Assembly (NCBI GenBank): GCA_025201805.1
Contig: MU619280.1
Coordinates: forward strand, 96,927-160,926
Origin: Parasitella parasitica NRRL 2501
Taxonomy: Eukaryota > Fungi > Mucoromycota
Direction of reading: 5' to 3'
DNA length: 64,000 nucleotides
Positions 51,424-64,000 of this stretch are shown one piece after another (the first letter of the stretch is position 1; every line of letters starts with the position of its first letter). The notes under the pieces were generated by a model. It had not been told where the DNA came from and did not search any database. It was given only the letters and a program-made list of their open reading frames with translations. The position numbers and the translations under genes are program-made.

Positions 51424-52560
51424 TTTTTTTATTAATTAAGCTGCGTACAATAAGAGTTCAAGATCATATTAAAGAGGTAGGTGTAATTGAGAAATAGAAT
51501 AAAGATAAATGTAAGATATAATAAAATAATTCAGATATCTGAAGAAAGAATAGGCTAATGAATACTAAAAAATTACAAAAGTTAAAAAAGAAAGCAATTT
51601 CAGCTAGTACCCAGGCACCACAAGAGGGAATGCTACTGATCTTCCCCAATGGTTTCTGGATATTAAACCGAATAGTGACCAATATCGCTGTAGGCTCGAT
51701 GAGTGTTTTATCGAAAATGAACCTCATATCGGCAAGCCATATTTGAAAGAGTGTGATATTGAGGATTCGGTATGGTGTGATTTTCCCTCTCATTGGCAGT
51801 ACCAAATAGTGGAATAATCCAGGGACAGAAGAGCCTCTTTGGTATCGTCCATATAATCAGGACAATTAGCGCGGAAGTGGTTAGTAGTTTGACAAATGGG
51901 ACAAAAGTCTGGCATCTTGTCTCATTGTAGTAACACTTTTCTTTGTTCCTCATCTCCAAATAATGACTCTTGTAAAAGATTCTAAATGTTTGTGACCAGA
52001 ACAGATGGAGCCATCAGCATGTGACTCACGACATTCAATATCTGGAGTATTCGTAATAGTGAGGTTGAGACTGGCATACCCTTCGCCCTGAAAGGTGCCA
52101 TCAGTTTTGGAGATACCATGATCCAAAACATCGCCGAAGCATGACAAGCGCTTGGCTATTTCTGCTTGCAACTCCATAGCAGAAAGAAATAATAAGTTTT
52201 CCACCTTCAAGCGGACGATTGTGGTATTCGCATGATATGAGGGAAACCCCTTCACAAAAATACCATTTTCGAGAGTGATTTTTCCAAGAAATCGTGGCCG
52301 AGATAGGTACGGATTTGCTTACGATAACCAAGAAAATCTTCATGGTGTCCTGCAGCCTCTGCTGTTTCGTTGAATTTGAGCAAGGCTTTGTTGAGAAATG
52401 TGCGATCTTTGTTCCATTTTTTTTTAACAAAAGGGCGAATAACTGCAATGGGAGATGGAGTAACAAAGTGGGATTGACGGAAACAATCGACTGCTTTTGT
52501 TGTTGTTATAATCTTTCTTTTAGATCTAACAAGATGAGACCACAGCATTGATAGATGTTA
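51424..52560 (-). mobile_element. Internally deleted, degenerate LINE-like non-LTR retrotransposon
   Basis: Frameshifted ORF1-like sequence with zinc knuckle CPICQTTNHFRANC (51862-51903). It is joined to an ORF2 C-terminus-like segment TLFQIWLADMRFIFDKT..PTAIL, then an AT-rich 3' UTR ending in AATAAAAAAA. Confidence 0.7.
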
Positions 52561-53258
52561 TGTGTATGATGAAGCATGCTAATAGCACAAGGTAAGATAA
52601 CCTTTTGTTTTTGACTCACCAGATACTCTTAATTTGTANNNNNNNNNNAAAAAAAAAAAAAAAAAAAAGAAGTATAATTTTTCGATTTCTTGTAATTGCA
52701 GAATTTGTAATATTTTCAGTATTTTTGACAAAAAAATAAAATAAAATAGGAATACGTTCTGATTCAAACTGGTATTTATATCACATATAAAGCTGAAAAA
52801 TAATGATTACTTATCCAATTTTGCTAGAGATACTATAATTCTATGTCTGTTGACTCAAAAAATAGAAGCTGTATACTTTCCTCAAGTGCACTATTAATAT
52901 TTCTGTCCTCACGTAAGGAACAAATACTATATACAGTTTGTATTAAACGTGTATTAAAAGATGTAAACTTGTATACACGTTATAAACCGTTCACGGTCGA
53001 ATAGTGTTTTAAAGTTCTTCGTACAATCCATTTTAACCATTTATGTTATCGATATCAGGCGCGCTTGCTTCAACCGAGACTTTTATGCATGCATGCGATA
53101 TGAAAGCCTCCTTAATCGGACTATGCAACTTTCCAATCTATTTCTAAGTGCGGATTCTCGGATAATCATCTACCGCGTTCACCATAGAAGAATATAAATA
53201 CTCTTCACTCATGCCTTTTATTCCAGTTTATTATTTATTTATTAACTAGACATCTATT

Positions 53259-54014
53259 ATGGCACCCTTAGAAGTTATAGGAGCAGGCTTTGGTAGAACT
53301 GGAACTGATAGCTTAAGAACGGCGTTAAACATTCTGGGGTAAGATTTGGAATTGCTGCTGTGTAAAAATCATTCCTCATCAACTTTACTTGATATATTTA
53401 GTTACAATACCCATCATATGAAAGTCTTTATGGAAAACAAAGAGAACGATCCTGATAATTTTTATAATGCTTTTACGGATCCAGCGAATGCTGATTGGGA
53501 TAACATTTACAAAGGGTATTCAGCAGCTGTCGATTGGCCTACGGCTGCTTTCTGGCAAGAATTGCATGTAAAATACCCCAACGCAAAAATTATTTTGACC
53601 GTTCGCGATGCAGATGGCTGGTATGAATCTGTTAAAAATACCATTGCTTCATTTCAGCAAAACAGGGCTGAACAAAGCAAAGGCAAGGAGATTGATACTA
53701 GTGATACAAACTATAAGCTCAGGCGCATGGCAGAGGCGGTATGTTTGGACGGACTTTTCACGGATCCTGAAAGATTCAAAAAGAAAGACGAAGTAAAAGA
53801 TCTTTTCTTGGAGAACACTAGAAAAGTAAAGGAACTTGTACCTGAAAGCCAGCTACTCATCATGCAACTAGGCGAAGGATGGGAGAGACTATGCCCTTTT
53901 CTGAATAAGGAAGTGCCAAATCAACCTTATCCCCAGATCAATTCTACCAAGGATTTTCAAAAATACAAGCTTAAACTGGAGAATGCTCTAGCTGCTCCAG
54001 CTGGTGAATCCTAA
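53259..54014 (+). CDS. Sulfotransferase-family (Sulfotransfer_4-like) P-loop protein
   Basis: Motifs VIGAGFGRTGTDSL..AL..LG, HHM, AAVDWP, AKIILTVRD..W..S and GWERLC.FL...VP..PYP..N. Confidence 0.88.
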
Positions 54015-54663
54015 TCATGAAAGGCAAAACATTAGCTAGTTACATCTTTACAAATTTCATGCATTATATCACTCGGAGTTATTTTGGTTGCATACAGCAG
54101 CATGAATTTCTAAATGTTACCATAGTAACGATCAAATAAATAAGACTTTGAATGTAAATGATTTTTTGTGAGGGCTCAATTGTTCATTTTCGTAAATTTC
54201 ATTTTCACTCTAGAATTAAAACTTTCGAAGCATGCACCTATTTTGTAGGTAAAACTATTCAAGAAATGACGTCAAGTACACCCGCTTGATTTGTATGTTT
54301 GCATTAACTGAATGTTCTTTATTATAAGCCATTCAAAATAAAGAGATGAGACAAGATGTTTTGGTGGTAGAATAACCTCACTGCCTTGTTCTTACGCATG
54401 TGATGTAATTCTTATAAACGCTCTTCGCTTTTCGACCTTAAAGGGGTTTCATTAACAAATGAACTCTAAATATCAGAATAAAATATAGTTGATTGGGTCA
54501 AAAGTAATTCAAAAAACTTTCCTTTGGATGGGGCGGGGACAAACTAAACGAAAATAACGAAAATATAATTCCCTCGTTTTATTTCATTCTTCTTTTTTTC
54601 TTCTTCTCTTCCTTCTTCTTGCTTTGCTTTTTTCATATTTTGCCATAACACAGAAAAAAAAAA

Positions 54664-56655
54664 ATGCAAACAGATACAATATCGAGGTTACAACACATGT
54701 CTAGTTCTTCATCATCAGTTAAAACTCCTTCGCCGCTGAAAGGTGTGCAGTTACCTGCACAACAACCACAATCCCAATCGCAAAGTACTCCAAATAATCT
54801 AGGACAATTGGATAATATTTTCCAATCTGTAAGAAAGCAGGTAAAGTGAACCAAGTCTCAAGTCAAGAGAAGTAGAGACCTAATCACCAACTTTGTTTTT
54901 TTTTCTCAGATTGATCAATGGGGCGAAAATGCAAAATGGAAAATTGACTTGGTTCTATTGGATACTCCACAACAATCACAGCAGCAGCATTCATCCTCTT
55001 CGAATACTAGCAAAAATAGTGCTTTACACCCTTTGCTTTCCCCGCAGCATCTGCATCCTAATGCGATCACAACTCCGTTGACTAATAATGAATCCACGTA
55101 CGCATTGCCTGTAACATCAACTATACAATATCCCGTAAGTATTCTGTGTTTAATAGCGTCACAAAAGCTTGTATTGAGTAATATTCTTTTCAGTGGGATT
55201 TCGGTGCCCCAAGTACAAACAATGATGAATGGAAACAAGATGTTGACAATCTAGAACTAAAGGTAACGAATAATTCATGTCCCCTTAAAAAAAAAAAAAA
55301 CCGGAATTAAATAGCAATTTTGGGCTGCAGCTTCGTGAATCCATTGAGCGTCAAAATTATCTTGAAAGCATCATCTGGTCGCAAGCAGAACAGATTAAAC
55401 ATAATCCAGTGACATCGGACAAAGACAATGCAATCAACACCATGAAGAACATATTCCTTATGTCTCAGAACGAACAAAAAGTGCACCATCTAATGGAATC
55501 TAACATGCTACATAAGGATATCGAAACATTATCCAAGAAATTGAAAAAAATGGCACATATCCTGGACCAAATTGAAAAAATGGAGCCAACCAAAGACGAA
55601 CAAGAGCTTGACAAGGAGCAATTGATACAAGATCGCACTCTTTTAAAAAGAAAACTGTATTTATCAGATTTGAGATTATCAGCAAGGGATGCAGAAATTG
55701 AATATCTACATGAAATGGTTGAAACACTGAAATCCAATCAACAACAACAGCAACAAAACCATCACCAACATTCACATAAAAAGGTACGCAAAGGTCCGCC
55801 GTATTTATTTCAGCAGCAGTACTCTCCTCGCAGTGAAATTCGATCAAACGAACAGCATCCTCTTAGCGGGTTAGATAGTTTAGGTATCGTTGCTGATCAA
55901 ATGCTGAGTGATCCTGAATTTGAAGGTTCCACTCATTCATCACACTACACAAACGAGAAGAGATTGAGATCAAGATTGGATGATCGTAGATCACAAAGGT
56001 CCATTGATTCAGCCGCGACATTATTAGCCATGCCGCAACTCATGGTACCGCACCACCATCGTATGACGAGAGGTAACGGCAGTTGCGCTCATAAATGTCA
56101 ATCGTTTACTGATTCCACCCCCTATGTTTAGATGATTCAAATTCAATTTCTTCATCACCCCCCTTGTCTCCAGAAAGACCATTACATCCGCAACCGCCGC
56201 AGAAACCAAATTATGACCATATTCCGAAGAAACCGCGATCCACATACACTCGATGGACCGAGGCCGAAGACAGGCTACTCCGTGCTGCAGTCAAGAAGTA
56301 TGGACATAGTAATTGGGAAGCATGTTCTAAAGACGTTGTTGGCAGAAGTAACATTCAATGCCGTAATAGATGGATTCGTCATTTAGAGCATAAGCCAATT
56401 CCAATGGAAGAGGTAGCTGAAGAGCAACATGTTAACCACACTACTACTCCAACCAATGCACGACAATCGCCTTCTATCGCGGCATTGCTGAATAATGATA
56501 ACGAAGACAGTGGATATCACTACTCGCCAAGAGCCTCTGCATCCACTGCTTCTTCCAACTATCATCTTCATCCTGCTTATAGACCTCCTTCTCCCATGGC
56601 AACGCCTAAAAACGGTAAAAGGAGATCTCCAGAAGAACACATGCACAAGTGGTAG
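54664..56655 (+). CDS. Coiled-coil protein with a single Myb/SANT DNA-binding repeat
   Basis: RWTEAEDRLLRAAVKKYGHSNWEACSKDVVGRSNIQCRNRWIRHL. Multi-exon and Q/H/P-rich. Confidence 0.82.
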
Positions 56656-57484
56656 AGACTACTTATTCATTGTAAATATCAAGTATTAGTTTTCTACATG
56701 TACACTTTCCAAAAAAAAAAAATCATTGCCCCCTATTTTCTTTATTGTATAGCCTCTTTTCCTTTTATTATTATTACTATTATTATTATTAAATCTGTTT
56801 GTTGTCTACTGGAACAAAGAACACTCCCCTTCCCCCTCCCTGATTTGAATTTTCAAACAACCTGTGATTTTCTATAAGTTTGAATATGCTACAAGTGCAA
56901 ATCATTCCACTTGTAGGCTTTGCTAGTTTTAAAATATGCATTTTATCCATATTTCATATGTTCATTTAATTTAATTAATTCTGGAGTTAATATGCCACTT
57001 TCTCTTTGTTTTCGCATCATCCATATCTGGTCTTGCTNNNNNNNNNNNNNNNAAAAAGTACACTACATGTGGTATATTCTTCAAATACTACACAAGGAAT
57101 TACATTTAAAGAAATGATATTAAACGTCTCTATCATTTCTACCAGCATGCATTAAGAAATCTAAACTTACAGTGCAAGATGTTTGATCTACTATTCTTGT
57201 TTTCATTTTGAGTTCCATTTCACAGGATATTCGACGGTAGCATTGCATCCAGTAGAGTAAGTGCTGTATTCTGAGATGTAATACTTGTTCTATCAAAGAT
57301 TATCGTTTTTTATGGAGAAAGTACTCCATCTATGCTCAACATTTCGTCATAAACTAACTATCCGCTGCAAGTATAGCCTTTGGTATATTCAAGTTGCTGG
57401 GGGCAAGAAGTCCTATTGAGTTTCAATAAAAGCGATAGTTTCTTTTCCCCATCTCCCCTTTTTAACAACTTCAATAAATCATAG

Positions 57485-58331
57485 ATGGATTCAATAGCCA
57501 ATTTTCTCGGTCTAAATAGAAAAACAACGCCGTCAGCATCATCTTCTACGCAAACAAATAACAGCAGCATGTCATACCAGAAATCAATGCGTGATAGCTT
57601 TGTTCTCGCATACGATAACAGATACTACGATATCCACTTTCGAGATATTGAAGGTGGAATGCGGCGAGTAACTGTCGCCGAGTTGAAGGAACGATGCAAA
57701 AATTTGACAGGCGTAACCAAAGCAACAATGAAGCTTAAGGTGTCGGGAGGTATGGTGTTAGTGCTGATACCTGTACAATTCTTACTCTTAATCAACTGTA
57801 GCGTATATCAAAGACGATACTGCTACTTTAACAAGCAGTGGTATCCATAAAGGATGTATTGTATACGTCATGGGCGATAGAGTTAATGTAAGATACATTA
57901 AATGTAGTGAAAGAAGAGTGCTTTTTTTTACTTAAAACTACATACACACATAGTCAGAGCAAATTAGGCAGACAACATCAGGCAACCCAGAAGAAGTAGG
58001 GTACATGATGCGTATATCCAAGGTGATGGAGAAAATAGAGGGATCCAAAGACAAAATAGAAGAGTTTGATATTAAAGTAGTAACTCTTTTGGAAGGAGGG
58101 GAGACGGTCGACCGAAAAGAAACAGAGGATTTAGGCATTTATTTATCTGAATTGTTAATGCAATCTTTGATCACATTGGACGGCGTAGATTGTCCTGTAG
58201 AATTTGCGACTGCAAGAACGAATAGAAGACAAGGGGTAAAGGAATGTCAGGAACTGATGGATCGTGTGGATCAAGCAAGAGCTGCGTTGAAGCAAGCTCA
58301 AATCAGTAAAAATAATAAACAAAAGCTTTAG
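57485..58331 (+). CDS. BAG1-like co-chaperone (ubiquitin-like plus BAG domain)
   Basis: UBL: TVAELKERC..LTGV...MKLKVSGA.IKDD..L...GI. BAG: SELLMQSLITLDGV....ARTNRRQGVKECQELMDRVD. Confidence 0.88.
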
Positions 58332-58356
58332 TAATTTTTTTTTAAGTTTATTGCAA

Positions 58357-61300
58357 TCATATCAATAGCTTGGTGGCACATATTGCCATATTGAGACCAT
58401 GGATAAACTTGATCATTGGTAAATATTTATATTGTGCTAAATGAATGACAAGTCGATCTATGAACGTTAGTATTCCCTCAGCAGTATGCGATTTTTTTGC
58501 TAATAGTAATAACAATATGCTGGCTTTGGCGTGTGGGATCTTGTAGAAAGGTTGTATTACACAGTAGCTCATAAATAAGAGGAAGAGGCCTAGGATCCAT
58601 AATTTATTGCGACCAAACGGTGATGATGGCATGAATGGCAATGCTGGTGGTTGGAATGCATAATGATGATGGTGTGTAGTATAATGATTGTGAATAGCTT
58701 GTTGCTGCTTGTTTGCTGTATGAACTACTCTGTGTATACTTTGCTCTAATTTGTTTATGGCAAGCGCTAAATGTTCTTGGCTTTGAATATAGCCATGCTG
58801 GACATGGCGATACGAACAATCTACAATGTTTTCTATTTGCTGCTGTGGTGGTGGTGTACTTGTACTAGGTGTCAAAAGACTTGCCTGCGCTTCTTCTATC
58901 AGCAATTGGAGTGATGTACCAATCCTTTCTAAGCTATCATTCATCGTATTACAGTCGTTCCACTCCCAATTTGAATATTTTGAGAAGTAAATATTGCGAG
59001 GTCTCAAAAAATATTTTAGTACTTACTTCGAAATGAGTTTAAGCAAAATCCGAACTTAAATTGGAGGATTTTTTAAATACACTTTCAATTAAATAATAAA
59101 GTTATTTTTAAGTAAAATAATGAATTCGTTAGTATTTTTGAACGAAGACGGGCATGGGAACATTTACCAAGAGGATAGTCTTGAAGCTATGGACATTGTG
59201 GATGAGGAAGGTGATTCCCATTCCGTAAGGCAATTAGTTAATCTTGAATCGTACCTTAAAAAGAACTCGAATCCAGTTACCATTGAAAAACTTGATGAAC
59301 AAGATCATGGTACGGAAAACACTCAAAATAAGAAAAGATACAAATCGATCAAAAAAATATAACGACTATGGATCTGCACCTAGAGAAATATTTTTTTTAC
59401 AAGATACAACAACTACTATCAATCAGAGCCGCTGCCCTAAAAGCGGGCGTCAAAGAAAGTACCGCTCGAAATTGGTGGAGAAAGTACGAAGAAGATCCTG
59501 ATACGTTTGTATTAGGTAAAAAAAACTAATCGTCAAAATCGGCCCTTAGCTTTATTAAACGAAGAGCATAAGCAGCATTTAATTGAATTTTTTGATGAAA
59601 ATCCTCAGGCATTTATTCGAGATGCAGTCGAGGAACTAGACACTTATCTTTCTCTCCTGAAAGATTAAACATTATCCCGGAGCCAACATGGTTCACTTCT
59701 CCCCGCTCTGATAGAAGTTTATCAAGAATCCCTAGTCATATGGTATCTGAAAGTGGTATAGAAAGTGATGATGATGGCCAAGATAAGCAAGAAGAATGCA
59801 CCCAAAAAGCAGATGTGTATGGCTTCATCAAGACTAAAACTGGATGGTTTAACACTGTTGCCAATGTAGAGTTTACAACACACCCATATCATATTTAGTT
59901 ATAAATAATGTAGTCTTTTTTCATATTATTTTTTAAGCAGATATTTTCGACTTTATCGTTTTTGATCCTTGTTGTCAGAGAGAAAATATCACGGCTCGCA
60001 GTCGTGTACTCGGATACACATGGTTGTTGATTATAAGGATAATATCATGACAGTCAATGTTCATGCACAGACAAACAATCAAGCGATAAGAGGTCAAAAT
60101 ACTGTTGGAACACTTAAAGCTTCTTAATACAATACTTATCTCACCGAATACTTACAATATATTTTTTAACACAAAATAAACGTTTATTAATTAATAATGT
60201 ACTATTTAGTCTACATCTGACTTCAACTGGAAAAAAAAATTACGTTATAATTGTGTCAATGAGTTTATAGGTTCACCATGGCACAGTCTTATTGTGGCAG
60301 TTGTCATGGTTTTACTACGTCGTAGCAAAAACTAACAAATCTTTAATATCAGTAGTAATATCTGCAGGTCTTGTAATTAAAATAGCCAACGTACTGTGTA
60401 TATATCTACAAATTTCCTTTTGAAAAAGAAAACTGATGGAATCATAAGGAGACTACAAATTATGGAGGAACACCGAGTTTCTTGAGCTTCAAAAGAGAAA
60501 TAAGCAGCATATCAAGTTCGGAATGCCATCCTACCATGTTTACTAGTCCGAATGTTAGGATTTCACTCCTTTTTATAACATTATAGTCCTAGAAGTTGAA
60601 CAAGATTTGTATCCTTCAAATGTTCGGCCAACTATCCTATAGCTCCTTCCAACCTTGAGTTATAGCATAACCAAGGAATAAGATGGCATGTGAAGTGGAG
60701 CAGTATAGCTGAGCTAGTAATAAGAATTGGTTGCTGCCCTCTTTGACAGTCAATTGCAAGAAACATCTGAGTAAGCAAGTGTACTATAAAATAACTGTTA
60801 GTCGATATATAATAATACAACGGAATGGCAACTTGACCTTTTTCGTAAAGACAAATACTCTAGTAGACCGAATATTTTCCTTATGGAGGCGGTGTGAAGA
60901 CATCCACTCTCTACATATCCTTTTATCTTTATTTTCTATCAGTTTATTCTCTTATATTATATACTTATTGAACCAACTTAATAAACGTTTCTATATCCAA
61001 CTTCGTTCAAAAATACTAACGAATCCATTATTTTACTTAAAAATAACTTTATTATTTAATTGAAAGTGTATTTAAAAAATCCTCCAATTTAAGTTCGGAT
61101 TTTGCTTAAACTCATTTCTACTTCTCAAAATATTTAAATTGGGAGTGAAACGACTGTACTTTTATTTTGTTCCATAAAAGGAGAACAAGGTGATGCAGAA
61201 ATATCATTGCTAATAGATATTGTATTCTCGATATAACTGTCGGCGGTGGTTAATTTATACGGAATTCAAAGGCATGAAAGTTTGTTTATTACCTTGCTTT

Positions 61301-61674
61301 ATTTTGCTTCGAAGCATATGAAGGTGACATCAATTTCAATCTACATGTGTGTATACAATTATTCGTTCTATATCATTCATTACATATTTGCAGATATATA
61401 CCTAGAGACATGTTCCTTGGCATGTGGCGCACTTGTCAATAGGGATAATGTTGTTTTTTGCTTCATCTGAATACGTTCAAATAGTTTATAAAAGAACCCA
61501 AGGAATTAGCTTATACGGCTTCGACTCCTTACCTGAAAAAGGATTTACCTTATTGTGGTTGGAGGTCATTATATAACCTTCTTCAGAAGAGGAGGAATTG
61601 AAGTATGGTGATGGCGGTGGCAACATGGATTTGTGATCAAATATAGCATTTTCGGCATTCACTAGAATATTCAT
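58357..61674 (-). pseudogene. Orphan membrane-protein gene disrupted by transposon insertion in its last exon
   Basis: Exons at about 61550-61674, 61403-61467, 61294-61341 and 61157-61237 splice in frame. Removing 58952-61158 gives ...PFMEQNKSNTMNDSLERIG..., continuous with 58357-58951. Confidence 0.75.
58952..61156 (+). mobile_element. Non-autonomous Tc1/mariner (IS630-like) DNA transposon with long TIRs and TA target duplication
   Basis: TA|CAGTCGTT...AACGACTG|TA. Left TIR 58952-59147, right TIR 61001-61156. Frameshifted transposase N-terminus at 59120-59640 (RAAALKAGVKESTARNWWRKY...LNEEHKQHLIEFFDENPQA). No DDE domain seen. Confidence 0.92.
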
Positions 61675-62646
61675 TATATAATTGAAGTGTCTTGTGAGAA
61701 ACAATAGAAACAAAGGGATAATTAGACATTGGATGCAGAACTAAAAAGTTATTGTATGAGCAAAAAGGAAGTGTGTGACATTGACGTATAGCCTATTATG
61801 AAGGCTAAATATACTTTTTATTGTTCGAGCATTCTATATGTAAACGATCTCTGACCCTCCCCCAAAAGATGTTGTTTATAGCAAGACCACGATGCTCTTT
61901 TTGACTCACTACCAGTCTGCATTGTTGTATTTTTGCTAAATTAAAGCATGAGCTACACTTTCGGCACCAAAAAGTAGAAAAGCGCTTCTCTAGGAGCGGC
62001 AGCGCCATCTGCTGTGGTGTCTTTATTGGTGCTTCATTTTTTCGAAAATTGTCACCAAATCAGCCGAAATTACATGAACAAGGGCCAGATAACTTTGTCT
62101 CCAATGTGCCCAAAGCTATAGCATCTGACCGCGTATGGAGAACTAGTAAAAGTTAATTAGACGCTTTGAAATTAGGTGGAGTACCAGAGGGTTCTCTGAA
62201 ACTGAACATGTGTTTTACCAGTGTCAAAGAAAAAATACTATCTTTATATAGTGCTGTATCGTCAAAGTTATATAGACCGTAATGGTTCTAGGATAATACC
62301 CGTATACAAGATTATATTACTGCTGCTACTTTTTATTTTTATCAAGCAATACTCATTATGTTGACTATAGCCCATTTTTCAATGTCTAATCAAATGCAAT
62401 CACTTAAAGTCCATTATTATCAATGTAACATTTAATATAATACTGTTTCAAAACTTGAGATGAATTGACCAAATTCATAACAGTGTGTAATCACTTCCCA
62501 AGATGTTTCTTAATTGAACACTAAGCTTATTCTGTAACTTCGTCAAATTGATTCTATTGTTTGTAATTATCGATATTGCATCTCAATCAACCCTTAGCAT
62601 GCATCTCAAGACAATCCAACAGGTGACGTTGCGTCTTGGAGTTTAG

Positions 62647-64000
<1,354 letters not shown>

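Noticed and set aside
23952-54014. P450, MFS transporter, sulfotransferase and TFs as a secondary metabolite cluster
   Set aside because: There is no backbone enzyme, and the genes are dispersed among housekeeping genes.
61805-62200. Small Cys-containing ORF upstream of CEF1
   Set aside because: It is short, has no recognisable domain and gives no consistent splice model.

Overview
Gene-dense, AT-rich eukaryotic DNA with short GT-AG introns, typical of a fungus and most likely Mucorales (inferred from intron style and gene and transposon families). About 30 genes are recognisable, mostly housekeeping: VTC-like (5' partial), ChaC, ZIP transporter, 2OG-Fe(II) oxygenase, a divergent poly(A) polymerase, a GPI wall protein, a G-patch protein, YPD1, USE1, ARG8, BLOC1S2, HIS5, a P450, an L1-domain protein, GPI7, C2H2 and homeobox TFs, UNC-50, HID1, an MFS transporter, SHO1, RPS29, Nit1-like amidase, a sulfotransferase, a Myb protein, a BAG protein and CEF1 (3' partial). 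The most notable signals are not apparent from the ORF track: (1) a decayed TnpB/Fanzor-like nuclease C-terminus near 14.0-14.3 kb; (2) a 2.2 kb Tc1/mariner element with TA target duplication, long asymmetric TIRs and filler DNA, inserted into a coding exon whose frame is restored by removing it; (3) a TAF3-like pseudogene (histone fold plus PHD finger); (4) an internally deleted LINE; (5) a long-range stem in the RPS29 intron; (6) Gcn4/CpcA-type sites next to ARG8 and HIS5. Exon boundaries were read by eye and are approximate. No database searches were run.
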